Part shown: one piece after another, positions 20,778 to 29,708 of the stretch
How the letters are laid out: every line of letters begins with the position of its first letter
How positions within the stretch are numbered: position 1 is the stretch's first letter
Virus record (IMG/VR): IMGVR_UViG_3300033146_002768
Coordinates: 143,112 to 207,111 of that record
Strand: one strand, 5' to 3'
Length of the DNA: 64,000 bases
Notes under the pieces: generated by a model
Databases searched by the model: none
What the model was told of the DNA's origin: nothing
Seen by the model: only the letters and a program-made list of their open reading frames with translations
Position numbers and translations under genes: made by a program

Positions 20778-21324
20778 ACCATAACCCCGATTTATTTCCT
20801 TGATCTAAAAAAATTTTATTATAATTAATAAATAAACTATTTAATGTTTTAATTATATCTTTTGGATTTTTTAATCCAATCGGTCCACATATTATAGACT
20901 CTTTAGATTTTAATTTTGGTTTACTTAATATCAATAATTTAGATAATCTTTTAAAATCATAAAATGAATCAACCATAATTAAATCTATACTCTTATCACT
21001 AAAATTATTTATTGAGTTTAATACATCATCTTTTATTGTTTTTACATATTTATTAATTTTATATTTTTTGATATTTTTTTTCAAAGTATTTTTCATATTA
21101 TATTCATCTATATCTATACAATAAACTTCTAATTTCTTATAAATAATATATGGAGATATACTACAAATTGATCTACCTTTATAATTGCCACATTCTACTA
21201 ATGTTGAATTATCTGGGATCAAATCTAATAGCGCCCAATATCCTAATACTGATGTATAATCAAACCACCCTTCTGGCAATCCTTCATATAATATTTTTGG
21301 ATATATATTGCGAGCTTGAATCAT
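20752..21324 (-). CDS. Class I SAM-dependent methyltransferase (Methyltransf_24-like)
   Basis: VECGNYKGRS motif I, YCID, DLIMVDS. Confidence 0.7.
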   Translation of the reverse strand: MIQARNIYPKILYEGLPEGWFDYTSVLGYWALLDLIPDNSTLVECGNYKGRSICSISPYIIYKKLEVYCIDIDEYNMKNTLKKNIKKYKINKYVKTIKDDVLNSINNFSDKSIDLIMVDSFYDFKRLSKLLILSKPKLKSKESIICGPIGLKNPKDIIKTLNSLFINYNKIFLDQGNKSGLWYVYKKEYR

Positions 21325-22145
21325 ATAAATTGCCTCACTATTTCATCGTCTTTATTTAAGTATCTATTTTTTAATCCGTTCATATTTAAATCAATATTTC
21401 TATAATAACTTCCATCCTTCCATATCGGTATATTATTATAGATTATATTTTTTTCATAAAAATAAGATTCATGCATTAATCTTGGTCTTGGATCCCACCA
21501 TTTAGCTGCATGGTAATACCAAAAAATATCAAACAATTCAAATAAATTATTTTTATGTTTATGAGTTTTAAATATACATTGTTTTTTAGAAATTCCCCAT
21601 TCTTTTAAAAAACTATAATCATCGCTTTCAGGAGAATGTATAAAAAATTTATCGTCAGATTTTCTTAATGGTTTATATCTATCAAATAAAAATTTCATAT
21701 TATATTGAAAATCTTTATAAACGAATGGCATTTCCCCATAATAATTTACACAACCTTCTGGATATAAATTTTTATTAATTAAATACTTTTTATCCTCAGT
21801 ATGTAAATCTGATAAAATAAAAATTTTTGATTTATTATCTTTGATATTAATAAGACCTTGAACTGCATTTATAGTTCCATAATCTAAAATTAACAATTTA
21901 TTGAATTTAAATTTTAATAGATCTTTTTTCTTTATAGAAATAATGTTAATCTCCCAATCTAAATCATCTAAGTAATATCTTTCTTTAATAATACTAATGA
22001 GTTCTTTTTGAAAAATTGAATTATAATTAATAATTAATAATTTAAAATCTTTATTAAATTCTAAAATACTTAAATAATATTCAACAAGATCTATTACGGC
22101 ACCATGTATATTATTTATATAATTATTAAATAAAATAGCATTCAT
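21321..22145 (-). CDS. Glycosyltransferase-like hypothetical protein
   Basis: N-terminal HGAVIDL, similar to the 18398/19318 pair; C-terminal DPRPRLMHE resembles a GT-B nucleotide-sugar motif. Confidence 0.4.
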   Translation of the reverse strand: MNAILFNNYINNIHGAVIDLVEYYLSILEFNKDFKLLIINYNSIFQKELISIIKERYYLDDLDWEINIISIKKKDLLKFKFNKLLILDYGTINAVQGLINIKDNKSKIFILSDLHTEDKKYLINKNLYPEGCVNYYGEMPFVYKDFQYNMKFLFDRYKPLRKSDDKFFIHSPESDDYSFLKEWGISKKQCIFKTHKHKNNLFELFDIFWYYHAAKWWDPRPRLMHESYFYEKNIIYNNIPIWKDGSYYRNIDLNMNGLKNRYLNKDDEIVRQFI

Positions 22146-22163
22146 TATAGTTCCTTATATTCT

Positions 22164-23063
22164 TCATAATACTTCTCCCTCAATCCAATCTGAGAAATAT
22201 TTATATTTAGTTCTATCTAAAATATGTTCAAAATTATTATCAAATACTTTTAAAAAGAATTTTTTAAAAACCTTACTACTAAAAATTGTATTTATATTAT
22301 CTAATTTATAATCTAATATTAATTTATTGTGATGTCTTGTAACTTCACATATATCATCAATACCATCTTTATGATTTCTGCCAAAAACTTCAGGACAAAT
22401 AATTTGACAATCGGACTGGATAGCTTCTATTAAAGTATGAGGAAATGGGTCTTGGAATTGTTTTGATTTAGGATAAATATAATGAGTTACTTTTTTAAAA
22501 AACTCAATATTATTAAAGGTATGAGTATATTGTTTAATATGCTTATTAGAAATGTTTAAAGAACCGATATTATTTCCCATAGTATAAATATTAACATCTT
22601 GTTTTATATCTTTTAAAATATCAGTTATACATTTAAAACTATCTGGCGTTAACCAGTTTCTTATATAGAATCCAACACAAGGAATGTTAGATGAATTTTT
22701 TTTATTTATTTTAAAATCTGTTATGAAAGGAATGTAATGTTTTATTTTTCTTGCTGACGTATAGTAAAAACCATTATTACATGTATCATATAAAATAGAA
22801 TGATCTCTAGAATACATTAAATAATTTAAGTTTCTTAAACTAATTATATTCAATGGAAATGAATAATTAGAAGCATCTTGTGTATTAAATATAATTCTTT
22901 GATATTGCTCATTCAATTCTCTTAAATGAGCAATATCTCGAATTTGTTTACAATGAATAGTATCTATATAATCACTATGTTCTTCAGCTAATCTTTGAGA
23001 TGCAGTAAATGCTCCTCTTTTTAAATTGTCGTACTTCACGGATATAACTAAATATTTTTTCAT
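22164..23063 (-). CDS. GT4-like glycosyltransferase
   Basis: HYIYPKS..FQDPFPHTLIEAIQSDC resembles the GT4 E/D-x7-E motif. Confidence 0.55.
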   Translation of the reverse strand: MKKYLVISVKYDNLKRGAFTASQRLAEEHSDYIDTIHCKQIRDIAHLRELNEQYQRIIFNTQDASNYSFPLNIISLRNLNYLMYSRDHSILYDTCNNGFYYTSARKIKHYIPFITDFKINKKNSSNIPCVGFYIRNWLTPDSFKCITDILKDIKQDVNIYTMGNNIGSLNISNKHIKQYTHTFNNIEFFKKVTHYIYPKSKQFQDPFPHTLIEAIQSDCQIICPEVFGRNHKDGIDDICEVTRHHNKLILDYKLDNINTIFSSKVFKKFFLKVFDNNFEHILDRTKYKYFSDWIEGEVL

Positions 23064-23087
23064 TTATATTCTGGTGAAACCTTCTTT

Positions 23088-23681
23088 TTAATTAAATGCT
23101 GAATAGAATGTAGCTAACCTTGCTTCAATATCTTCAACAGTTGTTAGTAATATAACTTCATCTGAGAAAATTTTGTAAATATCATAAGTTGATTTTCTCT
23201 CATCTAATTTATCTCTAAGATCTAAATAAATATCTAAAGCATCAATTATTGCTTGATCCCCTGCATTTATTATTTCAAGATATTTAGCTTCTCTATTTTC
23301 ATCAGTAATTACATAACCAAGATCAATCAATCTATTATTTATAATAGTAAATCCATAAAAATCAAACATTGAAAGACTACCAACTCTGTTTGATGTAAAT
23401 TGTCTAGCTTGATTTCTTGCACCAAGAGCTGCTGCAACAATTGCATCTTCTGCTGCCTGAATTATTAGATCACCTTCGACTAATGGATTGATTAAATTTT
23501 TAGCAAAGAATACTGATTGATTAGCTTCTAAAGAAGTTTCAATTGCGTTATAGCATTCAATTGATGAAATTTCATATAGTCTAACTCCGCCAAATTCAAA
23601 GATAGTTTCTTCATCCCCTTGAAATACAGATACTATTTGGTAATTAACACCAACATCATTAATACCAGCTATAAGTTTCAT
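23088..23681 (-). CDS. Hypothetical protein heading the glycan-enzyme block
   Basis: 197 aa ORF with GGAGG RBS and late-promoter-like motif at 23778. Confidence 0.6.
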   Translation of the reverse strand: MKLIAGINDVGVNYQIVSVFQGDEETIFEFGGVRLYEISSIECYNAIETSLEANQSVFFAKNLINPLVEGDLIIQAAEDAIVAAALGARNQARQFTSNRVGSLSMFDFYGFTIINNRLIDLGYVITDENREAKYLEIINAGDQAIIDALDIYLDLRDKLDERKSTYDIYKIFSDEVILLTTVEDIEARLATFYSAFN

Positions 23682-23765
23682 AACTACGCCTCCGTTTATT
23701 ATTTTTAGAATTAATTTGATTATTTAAATGAATTTTTTTACATTAGTTAATAACTAACACTTTCT

Positions 23766-23785
23766 TATTTATAAATATGTTCTAT
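23766..23785 (-). promoter_or_regulatory. Putative late promoter
   Basis: TAGAACATATTTATAAATA upstream of 23681. Confidence 0.6.
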
Positions 23786-23808
23786 ATTTTTTAATAATCT
23801 AACCTTAA

Positions 23809-24921
23809 TTATTTTCTATCAAAAACTCCATTTATTTTTCCCCAAATAGGAGACAAACCTTCATGATATGATTCTTTTGGATTTGACATTCTCCATTTAT
23901 AAAGAGGACCGCTTACACAATGAGTCTCTGTTGAATTATTTAAATATTTTGTATTAACAACCATACTTCCATATTTAATCGCTTCTTCAACAATTGTAGT
24001 TCTCCACATAGGTAATATGGCTGTTACTATATTACCTGTATCAGGATTATCTGTTTTATCAAATCTTAAAATTGATAAACACTGTTGATGAAATCTAGCA
24101 TTATCTAAATAATAACTTTTATCTAAATCTCTTGATTTACAAATAAATTTTATTAATTGAGATAACATTGGAAAATATGTTCCATGCAACTGATCTGAAA
24201 TTCCTCTATACCTAATTTCTTGAGGTTTATATTCTCTACATACTTTATCAAGTTTTAACATTGGCTCTGTAGTATCACAACTTAATAATACTCCATAAGA
24301 ATATTCTTGATTAGGTTTTAAAGTTATAATATTTTCAGTTATATCTCTAATGTATTTAGGATCAGTTTCACTATCTACACTTAACGCCCAATTAACTTGA
24401 TTACTATCTGGAAATTTATTTATATAAGTATGATCTAATAATTTAATACCATTAGTATAAATATGTATTTTATTATTTGTATTTTCACAAATCCAATGAA
24501 CTAATTTATCAAGATCTTTAAACATAGTTGGTTCTCCACCAACCATTCTAATCACTGGATGATATCCATCATAATGATATTCTTTATATGGTCTTGAACC
24601 ATAACCTCTTAGATCATTAGGAACAAATTCTTTTATATTACTTATAAAATCTTCAAGGGTATTGTTACCAGGATGTTTAACAATCAAATCTTTTTCATAA
24701 CAATATTTACAATTTTTATTACAATCATTTGTCATATGAAAAAATGATGTGAAGTAACCTCCTGCTGTTTCTTCGGGATGAAATTGTTTTTCCCAAATAC
24801 TAAAATCTTCTTCTAATAATACTTTATCATCTTCTGATACTAACCATACTCCATTCATATCATAAACAATTTTCTTTTCTATTATATCTCTAAATTTATT
24901 TAAACCATGTATATTAGTCAT
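23809..24921 (-). CDS. Radical SAM protein
   Basis: CNKNCKYC, VGGEPT, YTNG. Confidence 0.88.
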   Translation of the reverse strand: MTNIHGLNKFRDIIEKKIVYDMNGVWLVSEDDKVLLEEDFSIWEKQFHPEETAGGYFTSFFHMTNDCNKNCKYCYEKDLIVKHPGNNTLEDFISNIKEFVPNDLRGYGSRPYKEYHYDGYHPVIRMVGGEPTMFKDLDKLVHWICENTNNKIHIYTNGIKLLDHTYINKFPDSNQVNWALSVDSETDPKYIRDITENIITLKPNQEYSYGVLLSCDTTEPMLKLDKVCREYKPQEIRYRGISDQLHGTYFPMLSQLIKFICKSRDLDKSYYLDNARFHQQCLSILRFDKTDNPDTGNIVTAILPMWRTTIVEEAIKYGSMVVNTKYLNNSTETHCVSGPLYKWRMSNPKESYHEGLSPIWGKINGVFDRK

Positions 24922-25951
24922 TACTAATTTCTCCTGTATGAAAATTCTGATTATAATAATATGTTATTGGACATATATCATAAATACTATTTTTAATATT
25001 ATCTATTAAATATCGTTGAATTAAAAACAACTTAGACTGGTATATATCGTCTATGCTGGTGTATAATTCTGGATCTATATTAAGGTCATCATTAAATTTA
25101 TATGGCGCAAAAAACGGACATTGGACTATTGTATTGTTATAAGTATAGATAGCCTTTAATGGAAATCTATGACAACCATTAACATGATAAGATACATCAA
25201 CATTATCTAATTTTATAATATCTTGAAATTCAGAGTATGTTTTTTGTATTGTATTAAAATTATTACAAGGGTTTTCTAATTCTTCATAATCCTTTAATAA
25301 TTGCAAGACATAAGTTAAATTTAATGGTTTATACTTTTCCATTATATATAATAATTCATCTCTATTTTTTATTACAGTATTAGCTATAACTTTAATTCCT
25401 ATGTCTTGTAATCGTTTTATATTTTTATAATGCTCTTCAAAGAAACCTTTATCAAAATGATAGTAATCTATTGAAGTATAAAAAGTAAATTCCTTACCAA
25501 CAGCATCACATATATCTTTACATAAAATAAAAAACATTAAATTATTTCCAATGTTTTTTAAGTTAGAATTAATTCTAAAACTTAATTTCATTTTATGTCT
25601 TGTATAAATATTTAAACAACGATCTAAAAATTTTAATAAATCATTTGCTGGCAATAAGGTTAACTCACCACAATTGAAATGAAGTTTTAAAGAATCATGA
25701 CCGTCATTTTTAAATTCAATTAAATACTTTTCTAAAAAAATATAAAATTTTTCATAATCAAATTCTTCATCTTGATTTAAATATTCTTTGAAGCAACAAT
25801 GTTCGCAATTCATATTACATTTACTAGTTAAATTCACCCCAAGGTTAGGAGTGAATTTAACTATATTATTTTCTTGTAATATAATTTTATTACACCAACT
25901 TTGAAAATCATTGCTATTCTCTATATGTCTAAACAATTCTTTTATATGCAT
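24914..25951 (-). CDS. Radical SAM protein
   Basis: CNMNCEHCC, NCGELT, INSN, C-terminal CHRF...CPF. Confidence 0.85.
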   Translation of the reverse strand: MHIKELFRHIENSNDFQSWCNKIILQENNIVKFTPNLGVNLTSKCNMNCEHCCFKEYLNQDEEFDYEKFYIFLEKYLIEFKNDGHDSLKLHFNCGELTLLPANDLLKFLDRCLNIYTRHKMKLSFRINSNLKNIGNNLMFFILCKDICDAVGKEFTFYTSIDYYHFDKGFFEEHYKNIKRLQDIGIKVIANTVIKNRDELLYIMEKYKPLNLTYVLQLLKDYEELENPCNNFNTIQKTYSEFQDIIKLDNVDVSYHVNGCHRFPLKAIYTYNNTIVQCPFFAPYKFNDDLNIDPELYTSIDDIYQSKLFLIQRYLIDNIKNSIYDICPITYYYNQNFHTGEISND

Positions 25952-25958
25952 ATGTTTC

Positions 25959-26519
25959 CTATAGATATTCTATATCATATTTTAATCTAATATCACTTTT
26001 AGCTGAATAGTTACAGTTACATGTGCAAGCATAATTACAATTACATGTACAAGCATAATTACATTGACATGTACATGCATAATTACATTGACATGTACAT
26101 GCATAATTACAATTACATGTACAAGAATAATTACAATCACAAACACATATTGCTTCTATAACATTAACTCTATCTCTCATTGCATTATATTGTTGAGCTT
26201 CAATTTCATCATCTGTACCAGTATCAGTATCAGCTAAATATGACGGCCATGTCCATGCAGTAGCAGCATTGATGCCATCACGAAGTCTTCTAACATGTAA
26301 ACTACTAGCATTAGTTGCAGTAGTAACAGCACCTGGATCTGCTGGCCAGCTAGCACTTCTTCTTGTTAATTCTGCAGCAATAGCTGTTCTTAATTCATTA
26401 TGATAAATAGCTTTAATTGAGTTAGTTGTTAATGGATCGTCGCTCCAAGTAGTAGGAGTTATACCTGGTATATACCCTCCATGTGCTGGGCAACTATTTG
26501 TGTGTCCTCCGCAAGCCAT
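25959..26519 (-). CDS. Cys-rich repeat fibre-like protein A (candidate radical SAM substrate)
   Basis: Six C-x-C-x-C-N-Y units, three internal W..D...H/Y..(L/M)R..(I/V) repeats, and terminal SDIRLKYDI. Confidence 0.85.
   Translation of the reverse strand: MACGGHTNSCPAHGGYIPGITPTTWSDDPLTTNSIKAIYHNELRTAIAAELTRRSASWPADPGAVTTATNASSLHVRRLRDGINAATAWTWPSYLADTDTGTDDEIEAQQYNAMRDRVNVIEAICVCDCNYSCTCNCNYACTCQCNYACTCQCNYACTCNCNYACTCNCNYSAKSDIRLKYDIEYL
26007..26147 (-). repeat. 24-bp-period coding tandem repeat encoding (x)CTCxCNY
   Basis: Plus-strand units such as gcataattacaattacatgtacaa repeated without spacers. Confidence 0.95.
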
Positions 26520-26531
26520 AGTATTATCTCC

Positions 26532-27107
26532 TTATTTAGTGCCTGAATAGTTACAATCACATGTACATGAATAATTACAATTACATGTGCAATAGTTACA
26601 ATTACAAGTACAATAGTTACAATTACAAGTACAAGCATAATTACAATCACAAGTACAATTATAATTACATTGACATGTACAAGCATAATTACAATCACAA
26701 ACACATTCAGTTTCCATTGTATTGACTTGCGATCTAATAGCATTATATTGATCTACTTGAATTAGATCTCCAACTTCTGTATCTGGATCGTCTAAATAAG
26801 ATGGCCATGTCCATGCTTTAGCAGCATTTACTCCATTTCTTAATTGTCTTACATGATTACTTTCAATTATATTTGTAGTAGCTACTGTTCCTGGGTCAGT
26901 TGGCCAACTTTGACTACGTCTAATTAATTCATCATCAATAGCATTTCTAAGTTCGTTATGATGTGTTGTTATAAACTTAGTAGATGTGGTTAACGGTTGT
27001 GTAGTCCACACAGTAGGAGATTCTGGGTATATTCCCTGAACATTAGATAGACAAGTGTTACTATGGTCTTCGCATGAAGATGGTGTTGTATGTCCTGTAC
27101 ATGCCAT
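26532..27107 (-). CDS. Cys-rich repeat fibre-like protein B (paralog of A)
   Basis: Seven C-x-C-x-C-N-Y units; shares HNELR.AI..EL.RRS.SWP.DPG and AWTWPSYL.D with A. Confidence 0.85.
   Translation of the reverse strand: MACTGHTTPSSCEDHSNTCLSNVQGIYPESPTVWTTQPLTTSTKFITTHHNELRNAIDDELIRRSQSWPTDPGTVATTNIIESNHVRQLRNGVNAAKAWTWPSYLDDPDTEVGDLIQVDQYNAIRSQVNTMETECVCDCNYACTCQCNYNCTCDCNYACTCNCNYCTCNCNYCTCNCNYSCTCDCNYSGTK
26547..26705 (-). repeat. 21/24-bp-period coding tandem repeat encoding CTCxCNY
   Basis: Seven units, directly readable. Confidence 0.95.
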
Positions 27108-27110
27108 AAT

Positions 27111-28259
27111 TTATCCTCCGTTTTGTTGCAATAATTTTCTTATCGCAAAAACTATTTTTCCATTTATTTTATAAAAATTGCATAATCTTGGTTGTGTAGT
27201 ATAATCTCTCCATTTCTCAAAATAGTCTTTCTTTTCACTTCGGTCAAATTTAACCGGATTACATCTTAAACAAAATGTCGCTAAGCAATTTTTACATTCC
27301 TCAGGTTCCCAACCAAAATTATTATTATGTAACTTATTAGTTATATCTAAATTTGTTATAAAGGATTCATTTTTAATATCAATAATTAAATGTTCACCTT
27401 TTTTATCATCGTACATACTTCCATGACATTTGAAAATATTACCATCCCAATTAACACAAACCATATCTCGACCTGCGCAACATAAAGCTTTATTAGGATT
27501 AAACCAACTAAAGAAGAATTTATTATTTGTTTTGAAAAATTCTATTTCTTCCTTAGCAATTTTAATTAAAGACTCATTCAGTTCTTTATTGAATACTTCT
27601 ATTTCTTTATTATTATATTTTTCTAAGTTATAATAATCTATTGTTGGAAAATAATTATCACTTCTAAAGAAATTATTTTCAGGCATTTCTTTATAAAGAT
27701 TTAATACATCTTCTCTTGCTTCAGGAAGATATTTAAATGCTTCAGGTGATATAGTAGATTTTATAACTGATGGTATTTTTCTTTTCCATAAGTCTTTAAT
27801 AACATTTCTTATTTTAGTACCAGTTAATTTATTCTTTTTAGTTTTTCTAAAGATATCATGAACTGGCATACCATCATATGATACTTGAACACAAAACTTT
27901 GGATGACCAAACAAAGATTTATTTTTAGATTCTTCAAATATATCCATATAACGATCTAATAAATATCCATTGCTATAAATAAAAAACTTTACTCTATCAT
28001 CTGTTTTAAAAGCAGTGTATATTTTTCTAATTGCTTTTTCATTAAGAGTAGGTTCCCCACCCCAAAATCCAATATTAAGTAAATCATAATTCTTTTTAAA
28101 GAAATCAGAATTTAAAAGTTGATTCATTTTTATAATAAACAATTCATGATCTTTAAATTCTTTATGTTCAAAAAATTCATGTTCAAAACAATAGGTACAA
28201 TTGAAATTACAATTTGCTGTAACCGTTAAGTCGATATTATATATTCTTATATTTTGCAT
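27111..28259 (-). CDS. Radical SAM/SPASM peptide-maturase-like protein
   Basis: CNFNCTYC, GGEPTL, SPASM-like CCAG...V...DGNIFKCHG...CKNC.ATFCLRC. Confidence 0.9.
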   Translation of the reverse strand: MQNIRIYNIDLTVTANCNFNCTYCFEHEFFEHKEFKDHELFIIKMNQLLNSDFFKKNYDLLNIGFWGGEPTLNEKAIRKIYTAFKTDDRVKFFIYSNGYLLDRYMDIFEESKNKSLFGHPKFCVQVSYDGMPVHDIFRKTKKNKLTGTKIRNVIKDLWKRKIPSVIKSTISPEAFKYLPEAREDVLNLYKEMPENNFFRSDNYFPTIDYYNLEKYNNKEIEVFNKELNESLIKIAKEEIEFFKTNNKFFFSWFNPNKALCCAGRDMVCVNWDGNIFKCHGSMYDDKKGEHLIIDIKNESFITNLDITNKLHNNNFGWEPEECKNCLATFCLRCNPVKFDRSEKKDYFEKWRDYTTQPRLCNFYKINGKIVFAIRKLLQQNGG

Positions 28260-28269
28260 TATTCACCTT

Positions 28270-29265
28270 TTAGAATTGTCTAAATTCATGCTTTGTTTCT
28301 TTTTCATCATATGTAATTCCTGTTGTAGGAGATAAATATGAATTACCTATAAAATTATCTTTTTCACATATTCTGCATATATCACATACATGTCCACAAA
28401 TAGGAATTTTATATCTTTCAAAAATAGATTTTAAATATGGAAGATTTTTTTCTTTAATTGTTTTGCCTACATGTGATTGTTTTAAAGTATCATCAAGTTC
28501 TTGATAAGCATATCCAATAGTAATCCTACTTAAATAATCACTATTAAATTTTTCTAATATATAAATAGTATCGTCAATTACTTTATCATAATTACCAGAA
28601 TGAACTGTATAACTAATTTTAAAAGGAATTTTATATTTAGATAATGTTTTAATAGATTCTTCAACTATATCTTTACTATTAGTTCCATCTGGAAATTTTC
28701 TTTTGAATTGTCCAGAACCATCATAACTTATTTCCAAATTAAAACTTATATTATAGTGTTTACCATATTCTATTAAACTTTTTAAAGCATTTAATTTGAT
28801 AGAATTAAATAAGGTAGCATTAGTTATTAAACTTAATCCAAATCCTTTTGCTTTACCTTGAGAAACTAATTCTATTGTTTTAGCTATTGTATATTGTATT
28901 AAATCAAATTTTAAAAAGGGTTCTCCGCCCATAATAACAATAGTTGATATACAGTCTTTTTCTCTTACGCAAATTTCATTTAAAAAATCATCAATCATTT
29001 TAGGAGTACAATTAGCTTGATCTTCAAGACCATTCTTACTACTAGATTCATAGCAATATGTACATCTTAAATTACAATCAGTATTTAAATAAATAACATT
29101 AGTTCTTTGACTATTATTCATTTTAATTTTATTTGTTGGCAGATTGATACAAGTGTCAAATTCACAAGAGTTACATTCACCATTACATTTTTGAGATTCA
29201 TTCTTTGATAATATATCACTCATATCATTAAAGAATGAATCTATATGTTTATCTATTTGATACAT
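28270..29265 (-). CDS. Radical SAM protein with Cys-rich N-terminal extension
   Basis: CNLRCTYC, MGGEPFL, ITNA; N-terminal CNGECNSCEFDTC; C-terminal C...CD.C..C. Confidence 0.88.
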   Translation of the reverse strand: MYQIDKHIDSFFNDMSDILSKNESQKCNGECNSCEFDTCINLPTNKIKMNNSQRTNVIYLNTDCNLRCTYCYESSSKNGLEDQANCTPKMIDDFLNEICVREKDCISTIVIMGGEPFLKFDLIQYTIAKTIELVSQGKAKGFGLSLITNATLFNSIKLNALKSLIEYGKHYNISFNLEISYDGSGQFKRKFPDGTNSKDIVEESIKTLSKYKIPFKISYTVHSGNYDKVIDDTIYILEKFNSDYLSRITIGYAYQELDDTLKQSHVGKTIKEKNLPYLKSIFERYKIPICGHVCDICRICEKDNFIGNSYLSPTTGITYDEKETKHEFRQF

Positions 29266-29693
29266 TAGTTTCCAATACTTTGTCTAATTTTATCTACTAA
29301 AGATGTAATTTCATCATCAATGTTTTCTTGTACTATTGGCGGTGTAGTTCCATCTGGAATATTTGAATGTCCATGACAATTAAATGCCGGGTCTTCATTG
29401 TTTTCTATATTAGTAACTGGACGTTTAAATAATTCTGAGGCTTCTTGAACAGGGTGATTAGAAACTGGGTGTTTAAATAGTTCTGAGGATTCTTGAATAG
29501 GTTGACTAAAAATTTCTGGTTCATTACATTTACAATTGTCATCTTCTAATAATTTCAATACTTTATCACTTAATTGCAAAGCTTCAAAACTAACTTCATC
29601 ATTAATTTCTTTCATTGCATGTGTGATTTTTAAAAGACCTTTAGCACAATTAAAAATAATTTCATTTTGTTCTGGTGTATTATTACAACTCAT
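29265..29693 (-). CDS. Hypothetical protein with short internal duplication
   Basis: PIQESSELFKHPVSN / PVQEASELFKRPVTN. Confidence 0.6.
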   Translation of the reverse strand: MSCNNTPEQNEIIFNCAKGLLKITHAMKEINDEVSFEALQLSDKVLKLLEDDNCKCNEPEIFSQPIQESSELFKHPVSNHPVQEASELFKRPVTNIENNEDPAFNCHGHSNIPDGTTPPIVQENIDDEITSLVDKIRQSIGN

Positions 29694-29708
29694 TTTCGTT
29701 TCTCCTTC

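Noticed and set aside
26007-26705. 21/24-bp periodic repeats as a CRISPR array or DGR element
   Set aside because: Units are contiguous with no unique spacers, are in-frame coding repeats, and no cas or reverse transcriptase gene is nearby
26459-26743. Val/Ile-rich 94 aa ORF in the track
   Set aside because: Alternate-frame shadow of the Cys-repeat coding sequence
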